Part shown: piece by piece, positions 10,513-20,940 of the stretch
Numbering within the stretch: the stretch's first letter is position 1
How the letters are laid out: the number at the start of each line of letters is the position of its first letter
DNA from: a bacterium
GTDB taxonomy: Bacteria > Zhuqueibacterota > Zhuqueibacteria > Residuimicrobiales > Krinioviventaceae
Direction of reading: 5' to 3'
Assembly: GCA_963675755.2 (NCBI GenBank)
Contig: CAXXMD010000001.1
Location: 224,001 to 288,000 of the forward strand
DNA length: 64,000 nucleotides
The notes under the pieces: model-generated
Database searches by the model: none
The model's input: only the letters and a program-made list of their open reading frames with translations
What the model was told of the DNA's origin: nothing
Made by a program: the position numbers and the translations under genes

Positions 10513-11292
10513 ATGGAAAAAATTTCTGTATCTATTATCACGTTGAACGAAGAAAAGAATATTGGTGATTGTCTAAAGAGTGTAAACTGGGCCGATGAGA
10601 TTATTGTTGTTGACGGAGAAAGCACAGACAATACAGTTGAAATCTGCAAGCAATACACGGATAAAATATTCACAAAGCCTTTTGTTGAATTCTCATCGCA
10701 AAAACAATATGCACTCGACCAGTGTCAATATCCCTGGGTGCTTTCATTAGATTCCGATGAACGGGTGTTACCTGAATTAAAAGAGGAAATATTAGAACTT
10801 TTGGTGAGTAAAGAAATTTCTCATCAGGGTTATTATATTGCCAGACGTTCTTACTTTATGAACAAGTGGATTAAATATTGTGGCTGGTATCCCGGGTATC
10901 AATTGCGTCTATTTAAAAGAGATGTGACACATGTTAGCCCTAACCGGGTTCATGAAGGATTTATTGTAAAGGGCACTACTGCAAAATTGAAATATGATAT
11001 TGATCATTATTCTCATCCTACTATTGAAAGTAGTATAAAGAAACTCAATCACTATACAACACTTGAAGCAAGGGATCGTGTAAATAAAAAAAAAGTTGGG
11101 GTGCACAATTTTATTTTTAACCCACTTAGTGCTTTTCTTATTAAATATGTTCGTCAACAGGGATATCGGGATGGAATGCATGGCTTTCTGCTAAGTTGGA
11201 TTGCATCATTTCTTAAAATGGTTTTATATATGAAGATTTGGGTTTTACAAAAATATGGTGATTCTGTTGTCAATGCCGATGGAGAATCATGA
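10513..11292 (+). CDS. Glycosyltransferase family 2 (WaaE/KdtX-like)
   Basis: ITLNEE, VVDGESTD, LDSDE, RVHE, GYRDGMHG. Confidence 0.92.
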   Translation: MEKISVSIITLNEEKNIGDCLKSVNWADEIIVVDGESTDNTVEICKQYTDKIFTKPFVEFSSQKQYALDQCQYPWVLSLDSDERVLPELKEEILELLVSKEISHQGYYIARRSYFMNKWIKYCGWYPGYQLRLFKRDVTHVSPNRVHEGFIVKGTTAKLKYDIDHYSHPTIESSIKKLNHYTTLEARDRVNKKKVGVHNFIFNPLSAFLIKYVRQQGYRDGMHGFLLSWIASFLKMVLYMKIWVLQKYGDSVVNADGES

Positions 11293-12074
11293 TTATGAGT
11301 AAACTATCCGTTATTATAATTACTTTAAATGAAGAGCGACATATTGGTGCCTGTCTAAAAAGTGTGAACTGGGCAGATGAGATTATTGTAGTAGATGCGA
11401 AAAGTACTGACCGTACGGTAGAAATTGCAAAACAATATACTGAAAAAGTATATGTTAATGAATGGTTGGGATACTCTGAAAATAAAAATATTGCTTTGAG
11501 TCATGCGAGTAATGAATGGGTACTTTGGCTGGATGCTGATGAAAGAGTAACTCCCGAATTGGCACAGGAAATTCAGGACTTGTTAAAAACGAATCCTGCT
11601 GAAAATGGATTCGAGATGTCAAGGCGAGCGTATTTTCTTGGTAAATGGATTAAACATTGCGGTTGGTATCCTGATTATGTGATGCGTTTGTTTCGCCGTG
11701 AAAAAGGGATTTTTAATGATAATCGTGTACATGAAGGTGTTCAGCTTGAAGGAAGTAAGAGGCGTTTGAATCATGATTTGTTACATTTTACAGATGATTC
11801 TCTTGAACATTATTTGTGGAAATTTAATCGATATACAACGCTTGCCGCAGAAGAACAGGTTAAACGTAAAAAAAGATCAGGATTGTTTAAAATTTTATTT
11901 AGACCATTGCATACATGGTTAAAAATGTATATATTTAAATTAGGATTTCTTGATGGAGTTCAGGGATTTATTTTGTGTTCATTGTCTGCCGGGTATGTGG
12001 CTGTTAAATATGCAAAGACCTGGGAATTGGATCGCAAACTAGAGAATGACAGTTCAGGAGGTAACAATAAATGA
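11289..12074 (+). CDS. Glycosyltransferase family 2 (WaaE/KdtX-like), paralog of the preceding gene
   Basis: ITLNEE, LDADE, CGWYPD, RVHE, GFLDG. Confidence 0.92.
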   Translation: MIMSKLSVIIITLNEERHIGACLKSVNWADEIIVVDAKSTDRTVEIAKQYTEKVYVNEWLGYSENKNIALSHASNEWVLWLDADERVTPELAQEIQDLLKTNPAENGFEMSRRAYFLGKWIKHCGWYPDYVMRLFRREKGIFNDNRVHEGVQLEGSKRRLNHDLLHFTDDSLEHYLWKFNRYTTLAAEEQVKRKKRSGLFKILFRPLHTWLKMYIFKLGFLDGVQGFILCSLSAGYVAVKYAKTWELDRKLENDSSGGNNK

Positions 12075-12412
12075 ATTTTTTACTCGAAGAAGTTAATGAT
12101 GTTAAAATATTACGCATTAAAGAAGAACGGCTGGATACTGCTATTGCACCGGATTTAAAAGCACAACTGCTTGTGTTGATTAAAGAAAAGGACAATAAAG
12201 TTCTTGTAGATCTTTCTGATACAAAATATGCGGACAGTTCCGGTTTGGGCGCAATATTATTAGGTCTAAGACAAGCTCGTGAAATTGGAGCCAAGTTTGC
12301 GGTATTTGGGGCCCAAAAACGCGTAGAGAGCTTGATAGAAATTGCTCAATTGGGTGAAATTTTAATTAATTATGAAAATGAGTTCAAAGCACTTGAACAG
12401 TTTGGAGCTTGA
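12071..12412 (+). CDS. STAS-domain anti-sigma factor antagonist
   Basis: VDLSDTKYADSSGLG phosphoacceptor motif. Confidence 0.88.
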   Translation: MNFLLEEVNDVKILRIKEERLDTAIAPDLKAQLLVLIKEKDNKVLVDLSDTKYADSSGLGAILLGLRQAREIGAKFAVFGAQKRVESLIEIAQLGEILINYENEFKALEQFGA

Positions 12413-12419
12413 TTCATTA

Positions 12420-12647
12420 TTAAACATATTCGTATGAAAAGCCGGCATGTTTAATATATTTATTAAAGAATTGATCCCTAGATGCTGATTTAACCAGTTT
12501 ACTATAAATATAGTCTGGTACTCCAAGGTATTGAATTGTTTCGTTGTTTGAAAATTCAACAGTCAGGGTAAATAGATCAGCATCATATTGAAATGTACTT
12601 ATTTTGGGGGCGTTGTTTTTTATCTTTTCAAACAGAATCTCGACCAT
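12420..12647 (-). CDS. KTSC domain protein
   Basis: YD....LTVEF....QYLGVP..Y..L....S...FFN..IK pattern; GGAG RBS. Confidence 0.85.
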   Translation of the reverse strand: MVEILFEKIKNNAPKISTFQYDADLFTLTVEFSNNETIQYLGVPDYIYSKLVKSASRDQFFNKYIKHAGFSYEYV

Positions 12648-12797
12648 GTGATTTCATCTCCATATTGATTCAATTAGAAAAACTGTGAAAATATTTCATG
12701 TTTGTGCATATATTGCACCAATTGAAAATATTCTACTATTGTTTTTATTGTAGTTAAGTGTTGTAAGTAGCTTTTTTTACTTTCTGAACAATGTAAA

Positions 12798-12813
12798 AGC
12801 AAAATTTATGCCT
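12798..12813 (-). promoter_or_regulatory. Putative sigma-54 (-24/-12) promoter for the KTSC gene
   Basis: Minus strand AGGCATAAATTTTGCT = GG-N10-GC with TTGC. Confidence 0.5.
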
Positions 12814-12870
12814 TGTGTTGCCCCATCCCAATGAAATAAATGTAATGAATTAAAAATTGTAATGCAAGAA

Positions 12871-12900
12871 ATTTCGCCCTGTCAATAAGCAGGGCGAAAT
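12871..12900 (-). terminator. Hairpin ending the trp operon
   Basis: ATTTCGCCCTG-N8-CAGGGCGAAAT just after the trpA stop. Confidence 0.7.
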
Positions 12901-12904
12901 AATA

Positions 12905-13687
12905 TTAGATGGTCGATTTGAGTATTTTTACAAATTCCCCAGCAAAGTCTGCTTTGTTTTCTACTTTTTCCAGTTCTGCTATTAACCAGCTGCCTATGAT
13001 AACACAATCTGCTATCTCGCTTGCTGCTTTGGCATCCTGATTTGATGCAATTCCAAACCCGATTGCTAATGGCATATCAGTACTTTTACGTACAGATTGT
13101 ATAATGTTTTTCAATTCATCGCTAGCGTGAAAACCTTTACCGGTTGTACCGTAATTGGACACACAATATAAAAAGCCCTGAGAGGCCTTGGTGATCTTTT
13201 GTGTACGTTCATTCTCAAGTTCAGGTGCCATAAGCTGTATGAGCGAAATATCATATTTTTTACACTGTTCCATAAGATCATGACTTTCTTCAAAAGGCAA
13301 GTCTGCCATGATCAAACCATCTCCACCTGCTGAATTTAAATCTTTTGTAAAAGCTTCAAGACCATATTGGTAAACAGGATTATAATAACCCATCAATACA
13401 ACAGGTGTATTGTGTGTTTTCCGAAAGGATTTGACCAGATCCAATATCTTTGAAATATTAACATTGTTTTTTAATGCTCTGTTTGAAGCCCGTTGAATAA
13501 CCGGCCCATCAGCAATGGGATCAGAAAAGGGGACTCCCAATTCTATACAGTCAACTCCATTGTCAGCCATTGCTTTCATAATTTCAAGTGTGGTATCAAT
13601 ATCAGGATCTCCAGCGGTTATGTAGAGTATTAATCCTTTTTCCTGATTTTGTTTTAATGTATTTAAATGGGTTTCCAATCTGTTCAT
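12905..13687 (-). CDS. trpA: Tryptophan synthase alpha chain
   Basis: ELGVPFSDPIADGPVIQ, GFGI; ATG at 13687 follows a GAGGGA RBS. Confidence 0.96.
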   Translation of the reverse strand: MNRLETHLNTLKQNQEKGLILYITAGDPDIDTTLEIMKAMADNGVDCIELGVPFSDPIADGPVIQRASNRALKNNVNISKILDLVKSFRKTHNTPVVLMGYYNPVYQYGLEAFTKDLNSAGGDGLIMADLPFEESHDLMEQCKKYDISLIQLMAPELENERTQKITKASQGFLYCVSNYGTTGKGFHASDELKNIIQSVRKSTDMPLAIGFGIASNQDAKAASEIADCVIIGSWLIAELEKVENKADFAGEFVKILKSTI

Positions 13688-13697
13688 TTTTCCCTCT

Positions 13698-14861
13698 CTA
13701 ATCATGTTGTAAAGTTACAATATCTTTGTCGCCACGCCCAGATAAGCAAACCAGTATAGATTTGTCTTTTTCAAGCTGTGGTGCCAATTTCATGGTGTGT
13801 GCAATGGCGTGTGAGCTCTCAAGCGCAGGAATAATTCCTTCTTCACGAGCCAAGAGTTGATATGCCTCAATTGCTTCCTTGTCATAGATTTTAACATATT
13901 CTGCGCGTCCCGATTCTTTCAGGAATGAATGCTCCGGCCCTACTCCCGGGTAATCAAGTCCTGCTGCTATAGAGTGGGCCTCGGAAATTTGGCCATTTTC
14001 TGTTTGGATGAAATATGTTTTTTTACCGTGAAACACACCAATCGTACCAAAGGTGAGAGAAGATGAATTATCACCAATAGCATCGCCTCTGCCGCCTGCT
14101 TCAACACCTACAAGCTTGGCAGTTGTGTCGATAAAAGGATAAAAGGTACCCATTGAATTACTTCCACCACCTACACAAGCAACAACATAATCCGGTACAT
14201 CTATGTTATATGCCGGTAGCTGCTCACGTGCTTCACGGCCAATCACAGATTGAAAATCCCGCACCATTTGAGGAAAAGGGTGTGGTCCAATTACCGAACC
14301 CACCAGGTAATGAGTAGTCTTTACGCTTTGGGCCCATTCACGCATTGTTTCATTAACTGCGTCTTTTAATGTTTGCGAGCCACTTTCAACCGGAATAACC
14401 TGTGCACCCAATAGCTTCATGCGGAAAACATTCAGTTCCTGCCGAATTGTATCTTCCTTACCCATATAAATATGACATTCCATACCCAGCAACGCACACA
14501 CAGTAGCAGTTGCAACACCATGCTGTCCGGCTCCGGTTTCTGCAATGATTCGATTTTTACCCATTTTTTTTGCCAACAGTGCCTGCCCCAGGCAGTTGTT
14601 TAATTTGTGGGAACCGGTATGGTTCAGATCTTCACGTTTTAAAAAGATTTTTGCACCGCCGGCTTTTTCAGTAAGGTTTTTTGCATAGTAAACCGGTGTG
14701 GGCCTGCCGGAATAATTTGCCAGCAGATGGGCCAGCTCTTGTTGAAACTCAGGGTCTGATTTAGATTGTTCATAAAACGATTCAAGTTCTATCAATGCAG
14801 GCATCAGCAGTTCTGGAACAAACTGACCACCGAATTGACCAAAATATCCATGATTAGCCAT
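13698..14861 (-). CDS. trpB: Tryptophan synthase beta chain
   Basis: [11 protein letters not shown] (PLP Lys), [27 protein letters not shown]. Confidence 0.98.
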   Translation of the reverse strand: MANHGYFGQFGGQFVPELLMPALIELESFYEQSKSDPEFQQELAHLLANYSGRPTPVYYAKNLTEKAGGAKIFLKREDLNHTGSHKLNNCLGQALLAKKMGKNRIIAETGAGQHGVATATVCALLGMECHIYMGKEDTIRQELNVFRMKLLGAQVIPVESGSQTLKDAVNETMREWAQSVKTTHYLVGSVIGPHPFPQMVRDFQSVIGREAREQLPAYNIDVPDYVVACVGGGSNSMGTFYPFIDTTAKLVGVEAGGRGDAIGDNSSSLTFGTIGVFHGKKTYFIQTENGQISEAHSIAAGLDYPGVGPEHSFLKESGRAEYVKIYDKEAIEAYQLLAREEGIIPALESSHAIAHTMKLAPQLEKDKSILVCLSGRGDKDIVTLQHD

Positions 14862-15465
14862 TATTATATATTTCCTTTACTGTTTTAATCAAGCGTTCCA
14901 TTTTTGAGTGATTTTTAATTCCGGGCGCATCTTCAATCCCGGAACTGGTATCAATTCCAAAAGGTGTAAATTCCGAAAGCAGCTCCAGTACAGTATCCGG
15001 TGTTATGCCACCAGCCAGTATTATTTCATCAAGGTTCAAATTCATAAGCAGCTGTTTGTCTATCAGTTTTCCGGTTCCACCAGCCTGACCAGGTACATAA
15101 GCATCAAATAATTTTTTAAATACCTGTTTGTAATTTTCAGAATTGGTGATAGTATCAGAATCTTTGACTCTGAAAGCCTTTATTACTGGTTTTTCGATTT
15201 GTTCACAATACGCTGGTGTTTCACTGCCATGCAGTTGAATATAATCAAGGTTGCATAGCGTTGCAGTATTGTTTACAAATGGTACTTCCTGATCCATAAA
15301 TACACCCACTTTGGGTACTTTTGTATTATTACAAATTTCTGCTGCAGCTTGCGGTGTTATCTGTCTCGGGCTTTTGGTGAAAATAAAGCCAACAGCATCA
15401 ACTCCCAGTTCCTGAGCATATAAAACATCCTCTAATCGGGTCATTCCACAATATTTAATCCACAT
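14854..15465 (-). CDS. trpF: Phosphoribosylanthranilate isomerase
   Basis: [27 protein letters not shown]. Confidence 0.95.
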   Translation of the reverse strand: MWIKYCGMTRLEDVLYAQELGVDAVGFIFTKSPRQITPQAAAEICNNTKVPKVGVFMDQEVPFVNNTATLCNLDYIQLHGSETPAYCEQIEKPVIKAFRVKDSDTITNSENYKQVFKKLFDAYVPGQAGGTGKLIDKQLLMNLNLDEIILAGGITPDTVLELLSEFTPFGIDTSSGIEDAPGIKNHSKMERLIKTVKEIYNNG

Positions 15466-16276
15466 GATTGATCCCTTTTAATTCGTTCAGAAATGACTCT
15501 TTATCCGGTTTTTTCATCAATGATTCTCCAATCAATGCCGCGTTAAAACCAGCCTCTTGCAACATGACAATATCATCACGACTAAAAATACCGCTTTCAC
15601 TCACCCGAATTGTTTCTTTTGGCATCAAACTGCTTAATCGTTTACTGGTATCCAGTGTGGTTTCAAAGGTTTCAAGGTTCCGGTTGTTCACACCAATGAT
15701 TGACGCATTTGTATTTACTGCTATTTCCAGTTCTTTTTCGTCATGCACTTCTACCAAGGCATCAAGATTCATTGAACCGGCTAATTGTAATAGATCTGAT
15801 AATTGTTGGGGATCCAGAGCTGCTACGATTAACAATATTGCACTTGCCGAATGGTTTACTGCTTCATAAACCTGATATTCGTCAACAATAAAGTCTTTGC
15901 GCAAAGTTGGTAAGCCGATGAACTCTGAAATTTCGTATAAATAGTTCAAATGACCCTGAAAATACAATTCTTCAGTTAGAACCGATATCGCTGCTGCACC
16001 ACCTTGTTCATATTGTTTGGCAAAAAAGAGAGGATAAAAATGCTCGCAAATCACTCCTTTACTGGGAGATGCTTTTTTTACCTCTGCAATGATTGCCATA
16101 TTATCAGATAAAAGTGAATCTCTGAAACGGAACGGCGTTTTGTTTTGTACTTTTTCTTCTGCAATTTTTCTAACTTTTAAAATGGAATTCAACTTTTTCC
16201 GTTCTACAAGCTGTTTTTTTGTATCTGTTATGATTTTATCTAATATATTCATTATTCTGCCAGTTTCAGTTCGCAT
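15455..16276 (-). CDS. trpC: Indole-3-glycerol phosphate synthase
   Basis: IAEVKKASPSKG, LRKDF, GVNNRNL, SESGI; alternative ATG at 16252. Confidence 0.96.
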   Translation of the reverse strand: MRTETGRIMNILDKIITDTKKQLVERKKLNSILKVRKIAEEKVQNKTPFRFRDSLLSDNMAIIAEVKKASPSKGVICEHFYPLFFAKQYEQGGAAAISVLTEELYFQGHLNYLYEISEFIGLPTLRKDFIVDEYQVYEAVNHSASAILLIVAALDPQQLSDLLQLAGSMNLDALVEVHDEKELEIAVNTNASIIGVNNRNLETFETTLDTSKRLSSLMPKETIRVSESGIFSRDDIVMLQEAGFNAALIGESLMKKPDKESFLNELKGINHVD

Positions 16277-17288
16277 TTACAGTGAGGGATTGGGTGAATT
16301 CTATGCATTCGTTTAGTTTATTTTTGGCTTTTCCGGAATAAATGGTTTCAAAAGCAAGCTCTACACCTTCCTTTATAGAGCTGCTTTTTCCACCAACATA
16401 CATCGCCGCGCCGGCATTTAATGCAGTAATATCCGTTTTTGCACCTTTTTCACCATCCAGAATAGATTTAATGATTTGTGCATTTTCATCGGCTTCATTG
16501 CCCTTGACTGATTCTATGGGTTGTTTTGAAATACCAACGGATTCCGGTGATATTGTGTATTGTTTGATCTCACCATTTACCAGTTCAAATACATCTGTAT
16601 CACTGCTGATGGAAAATTCATCCAATCCATCCTGACTGTGGATTACCATTATATGCTCACTGCCAAGCGATTTTAATACATTGACCATTTTTTCTGCAGT
16701 TTGAAGATTAAATGCTCCAATTACCTGGCGTTTGACCTGGGCAGGATTAGACATGGGGCCGAGAATGTTAAATACGGTTCGAATTCCCATTTCTCTTCGA
16801 GGAACAACCGCATGTTTCATAGAAGGGTGGAAGAGAGGAGCAAATAAAAAGACCAGACCGGTTTCATGCAGACACTTTTCCGCCTGTTCGGGAGACAGCT
16901 CAATATTCATTCCCAGTGCTTTAAACACATCGGCACTACCGCATTTGCTGGAGACGGACCGGTTTCCATGTTTGGCTACGGGAATGCCTGCAGCCGCAGT
17001 TACAATAGAAGATGCTGTTGAAATGTTAAAAGTTGAAGAGCCATCTCCGCCTGTACCGCAGGTGTCAATGGTTCCTGCAGGAGCGGATATTATATTGGCT
17101 TTGTTTAACATTGCTTTTACAAAAGCAGAAATTTCTTCTGTTGTTTCTCCTTTGATCTTTAATCCCATTAAAAATGCTGCAATCTGTACTGGGGTTAATT
17201 CTCCATTCATAATGGATAACATGGTTTCATATGCTTCGTCATTATTTAATGCAGTCTGGTTTGCAAGTTTATCTAAAACGGCTTTCAT
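16266..17288 (-). CDS. trpD: Anthranilate phosphoribosyltransferase
   Basis: DTCGTGGDG, FNIST, KHGNRSVSSKCGSAD. Confidence 0.97.
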   Translation of the reverse strand: MKAVLDKLANQTALNNDEAYETMLSIMNGELTPVQIAAFLMGLKIKGETTEEISAFVKAMLNKANIISAPAGTIDTCGTGGDGSSTFNISTASSIVTAAAGIPVAKHGNRSVSSKCGSADVFKALGMNIELSPEQAEKCLHETGLVFLFAPLFHPSMKHAVVPRREMGIRTVFNILGPMSNPAQVKRQVIGAFNLQTAEKMVNVLKSLGSEHIMVIHSQDGLDEFSISSDTDVFELVNGEIKQYTISPESVGISKQPIESVKGNEADENAQIIKSILDGEKGAKTDITALNAGAAMYVGGKSSSIKEGVELAFETIYSGKAKNKLNECIEFTQSLTVNAN

Positions 17289-17300
17289 AATTCTCTCCGG

Positions 17301-17867
17301 TTAATTTTTTCTTACAAAATTTTCAATTATTTTCATACCATCTTTGGTCATAATTGATTCTGGATGAAACTGAACGCCTTCAACAGGATATTCTTTGTGA
17401 CGAATTCCCATAATCTGGTGATCTGCTGTTTCTGCAGTGATTTCCAGACAATCAGGCAGGGTTTCACGTTCTACAATTAAAGAATGATATCTGCCGCCCT
17501 TTAATGGATTCGGAACATTTGCAAAGAGTCCTTTACCATCGTGATTAATATCGCTGTCTTTACCATGTACCAGTTCTTTTGCCTGAATAACTTTGCCTTG
17601 AAATGCTTCTGCAATGGACTGGTGTCCCAGACAGACGCCAAGCAATGGATATTTTTTATAGAATGTTTTAATTACATCCAGTGAAATACCGGCTGAATTC
17701 GGATATCCCGGTCCCGGAGAGATCACGATCTTGTCCGGATTCAACTTTTCTATTTCTTCCAAAGTAATTTCATCATTTCTTTTAACTATCAGTGTTTCAC
17801 CCAGCGAACCAATATATTGTACCAGGTTATACGTAAATGAATCATAATTATCAATTACCAGTATCAT
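17301..17867 (-). CDS. trpG: Anthranilate synthase component II
   Basis: [28 protein letters not shown]. Confidence 0.95.
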   Translation of the reverse strand: MILVIDNYDSFTYNLVQYIGSLGETLIVKRNDEITLEEIEKLNPDKIVISPGPGYPNSAGISLDVIKTFYKKYPLLGVCLGHQSIAEAFQGKVIQAKELVHGKDSDINHDGKGLFANVPNPLKGGRYHSLIVERETLPDCLEITAETADHQIMGIRHKEYPVEGVQFHPESIMTKDGMKIIENFVRKN

Positions 17868-19336
17868 AACAAACCTCCCTGCGCATATTCTATTGCTGTC
17901 AAAAGCCCTTTGGCTTTGTTCAGTGTCTCCTGGTATTCACTTTCAGGTACAGAGTCGGCAACAATTCCTGCACCTGCCTGTACATAAGCATTGTTATCTT
18001 TTATATATATCGTTCTTATGGCAATACAAACATCCATATTGCCGTTAAATCCAAAATATCCTGCCGCACCAGCGTAAATTCCGCGTTTTGTTGGTTCCAG
18101 TTCTTCAATGATTTCCATTGCCCTAACCTTTGGCGCTCCCGAAACCGTACCGGCTGGAAAGCAGGCTTTAAAAACATCAATGGCATCCATGCCCTCTTTT
18201 AGTGTTCCGGTAACAGTTGAGACAATATGTATGACATGTGAATATTTTTCCGTTATCATTAAATCTTCAACTTTGACAGATCCATATTCAGCAATACGGC
18301 CAATATCATTTCGGCCCAGGTCAACCAGCATAGTATGCTCGGCTATTTCTTTGGGATCTGCCAACAAGTCGTCTATAATTTCCTTATCTTCCTGTTCATT
18401 CAAACCTCGTTTGCGTGTACCGGCAATGGGTTTAACCAAAACCTTACCGTCTTCAAGTTTAACCAGTGTTTCTGGTGATGAGCCAAGAATACTGGTATCA
18501 TTCATGTCGAGATAAAACATATAGGGGGAGGGATTGATAACGCGTAAAGCGCGGTATATATCAAAAGGATTGGTATCTGTGCTGACTCTGAGGCGTTGTG
18601 AGAGCACGCCCTGAAAGATATCACCCTTTTTAATATATTCTTTGGTTTTTTCAACTATTTCCTTGTATTCCTCTTTACTGACATTACTTTCAAAGTAATC
18701 TGATTTAAGTAAACTGGTTCTGCCATTTCGTAATTGGGGACTGGAATGAATAGAATCAATAATGTCTTTAATTTTATTAACAGCTTCTGCGTATTCTTTT
18801 TCAATGTTACCTTTTGTCATAACATTATAGATAATAGTGATCGTATTAAAAAGGTTGTCAAATACAATTACTTTTTGAGGAATGAACAATTGTATGTCCG
18901 GTAATTCCATATCATCCAGAGTTTGGTCAGGAAGTTTTTCAATATAACGGATAGAGTCGTAACCCATATAACCGAAAAATCCGTTATCGATGAATGGTAT
19001 TTGATGTGTACTGTTGCTTTTATATTGTTTGTATAAATTCTTGAGAACCTGAAATGGATTGTCTGTAAACGTCTCTTTTTCCCCTGAATAAACATACTCG
19101 ACATCTGTAACATTATTTTTGCATGTGAAAATTACAAGCGGGCTGTCACCAATTATTGAATAGCGCCCACGTTGTACTCCACCTTCAACGCTTTCCAGTA
19201 AAAAGCGAAAATTTCCGTTTGTTGCTTTCAGAAAAGTAGAGACGGGTGTGTCCATATCACCCAGGATCTCTGCTGTTACCGGATGAAAGTTTGAACTATA
19301 CTGTTCTCTAAATTCTTCAAATGTCGTAATTTTCAT
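17864..19336 (-). CDS. trpE: Anthranilate synthase component I
   Basis: [39 protein letters not shown]. Confidence 0.96.
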   Translation of the reverse strand: MKITTFEEFREQYSSNFHPVTAEILGDMDTPVSTFLKATNGNFRFLLESVEGGVQRGRYSIIGDSPLVIFTCKNNVTDVEYVYSGEKETFTDNPFQVLKNLYKQYKSNSTHQIPFIDNGFFGYMGYDSIRYIEKLPDQTLDDMELPDIQLFIPQKVIVFDNLFNTITIIYNVMTKGNIEKEYAEAVNKIKDIIDSIHSSPQLRNGRTSLLKSDYFESNVSKEEYKEIVEKTKEYIKKGDIFQGVLSQRLRVSTDTNPFDIYRALRVINPSPYMFYLDMNDTSILGSSPETLVKLEDGKVLVKPIAGTRKRGLNEQEDKEIIDDLLADPKEIAEHTMLVDLGRNDIGRIAEYGSVKVEDLMITEKYSHVIHIVSTVTGTLKEGMDAIDVFKACFPAGTVSGAPKVRAMEIIEELEPTKRGIYAGAAGYFGFNGNMDVCIAIRTIYIKDNNAYVQAGAGIVADSVPESEYQETLNKAKGLLTAIEYAQGGLL

Positions 19337-19350
19337 GATATCTCCTATAA

Positions 19351-19430
19351 ATAAAAAAGGCGCTGTGATTTTGAGAGCTCACAGCGCCTTAAACTAAAAA
19401 CGCCGTGAATGTAAAGGTACATCCACGGCG
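19351..19430 (-). terminator. Two tandem attenuator terminators in the trp leader
   Basis: Minus strand T1 CGCCGTGGATGTA-CCTT-TACATTCACGGCG-TTTTT (19396-19430), then T2 AAGGCGCTGTGA-N10-TCACAGCGCCTTTTTT (19353-19390). Confidence 0.85.
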
Positions 19431-19456
19431 AACATTTTTTTATATATTAAATTATT

Positions 19457-19528
19457 TTACCGATGGCGTACCTCAAAACTCCAGCGCCACCACCAATTTA
19501 AAAGATTTTGTAAAATAATTTGTGTCAT
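19457..19528 (-). CDS. trpL: trp operon leader peptide MTQIILQNLLNWWWRWSFEVRHR
   Basis: 23-codon ORF with 4 TGG codons, between a promoter and terminators upstream of trpE; absent from the ORF track. Confidence 0.9.
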   Translation of the reverse strand: MTQIILQNLLNWWWRWSFEVRHR

Positions 19529-19558
19529 TCTTTTTCCATAAAATTATTAACGAGACAA

Positions 19559-19587
19559 AACTTAAGATAATAAAATGTGAATGTCAA
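19559..19587 (-). promoter_or_regulatory. sigma70 promoter of the trp operon
   Basis: Minus strand TTGACA-N17-TAAGTT about 30 nt upstream of the leader ATG. Confidence 0.7.
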
Positions 19588-19653
19588 TACTTTTTTGACT
19601 TTTTTTGTGAATATGATAAAAAATTCAATAGAGCAGATGTTTTTAAAATTGAC

Positions 19654-19682
19654 TTGACTTGATTTTCTATTATTTATATATT
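19654..19682 (+). promoter_or_regulatory. sigma70-like promoter of the rib operon
   Basis: TTGACT-N17-TATATT. Confidence 0.55.
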
Positions 19683-19804
19683 GAGGTTCGAATTTTGTAG
19701 GCTTGGTTCTTTTTAAAAATAACTCAAAATTTAAGCCCAAGTATTTGGGCTGTTTTGTGTTTATTTTGTTTATTCAAGATTTAGAATAATATAAAGGTTT
19801 TTTT

Positions 19805-20938
19805 TTGACTAATCATTCAGATTCCAGTGTTACCGAGACAGATTTACAATTTATGAAACGGGCCCTGATCCTTGCTGAACGTGGGCGGGGTATGGTGAGC
19901 CCGAATCCTATGGTTGGGGCATTGGTAGTTAAAGATGGCAAAGTCGTAGGTGAGGGGTATCATGAAAAGTTTGGACACGCACATGCTGAAGTAATTGCGC
20001 TTGATAATGCAGGTGACGATTCCATAGGCGCAACTTTGTATGTTACTCTGGAACCCTGTTCTCACCACGGAAAAACACCTCCCTGTACAGAAAAAATTTA
20101 TGAAGCAGGTATTTCCCGGGTAGTTGTGGGAATGTCTGACCCTAATCCCATTGTGAATGGCAAAGGTATTAATTTTTTACGTTCAAAAGGGATTTCTGTC
20201 ACTGAAAATGTATTGCAGGATAAATGCCTGGAATTGAATGAAGGTTATATTTTTTATATCACTCATAACCGTCCTTTAATTACCTTAAAGTTTGCACAAA
20301 CTTTGGATGGTAGAATAGCTACCAGTACAGGTCACTCTAAATGGATTACATCTGAAGAATCGCGCTCGCAGGCACACAAACTGCGTGCCCGTAACGATGC
20401 TATATTGGTGGGCATTGGTACTGTATTGATGGATGATCCCAGTTTGACCGTGCATCTGGCAAAAGGTCCCTCGCCAAAACGAATTATCCTCGACAGTCAA
20501 CTTCGTGTTCCTTTGGATGCCGGGATTTTTTCGGATTCCATGACCAACCAGACTATAATTATGACAACAGATTCTGCATCAAAAGAAAAGATCAGCAGAA
20601 TTGAGGAAAAAGGAGCTTTTGTTTTAATTCTGGACCCAGATGAAAGAGGTTGGGTGCCACAGGAAAAATTGTGGAATAAACTTGCTGAAATTGGCATTAC
20701 ATCAGTAGTTGTTGAAGGAGGCAGTTCTATTTTTACGGAATGTCTCAGACATGGGTTTGCTGACAAGTTTTTTTGTTTTATTGCACCCAAAATATTAGGC
20801 AGCGGAATTGATACCATTGGTGATTTGAATATCCGTAATATTAATTCGGCAATTCAATTAACCAATATTAAAGTTAAAAGATTAAAAACAGATTTCCTGA
20901 TAACTGGAGATTTTAAAGATTTGTATCCTCTCGGTTAA
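19805..20938 (+). CDS. ribD: Riboflavin biosynthesis bifunctional deaminase/reductase
   Basis: PNPMVG, HAE, TLEPCSHHGKTPPC, VEGG. Confidence 0.96.
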   Translation: MTNHSDSSVTETDLQFMKRALILAERGRGMVSPNPMVGALVVKDGKVVGEGYHEKFGHAHAEVIALDNAGDDSIGATLYVTLEPCSHHGKTPPCTEKIYEAGISRVVVGMSDPNPIVNGKGINFLRSKGISVTENVLQDKCLELNEGYIFYITHNRPLITLKFAQTLDGRIATSTGHSKWITSEESRSQAHKLRARNDAILVGIGTVLMDDPSLTVHLAKGPSPKRIILDSQLRVPLDAGIFSDSMTNQTIIMTTDSASKEKISRIEEKGAFVLILDPDERGWVPQEKLWNKLAEIGITSVVVEGGSSIFTECLRHGFADKFFCFIAPKILGSGIDTIGDLNIRNINSAIQLTNIKVKRLKTDFLITGDFKDLYPLG

Positions 20939-20940
20939 AA

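Noticed and set aside
19525-19740. 71-aa minus-strand ORF upstream of trpE
   Set aside because: Spans both divergent promoters; the real element is the 23-aa leader at 19457-19528
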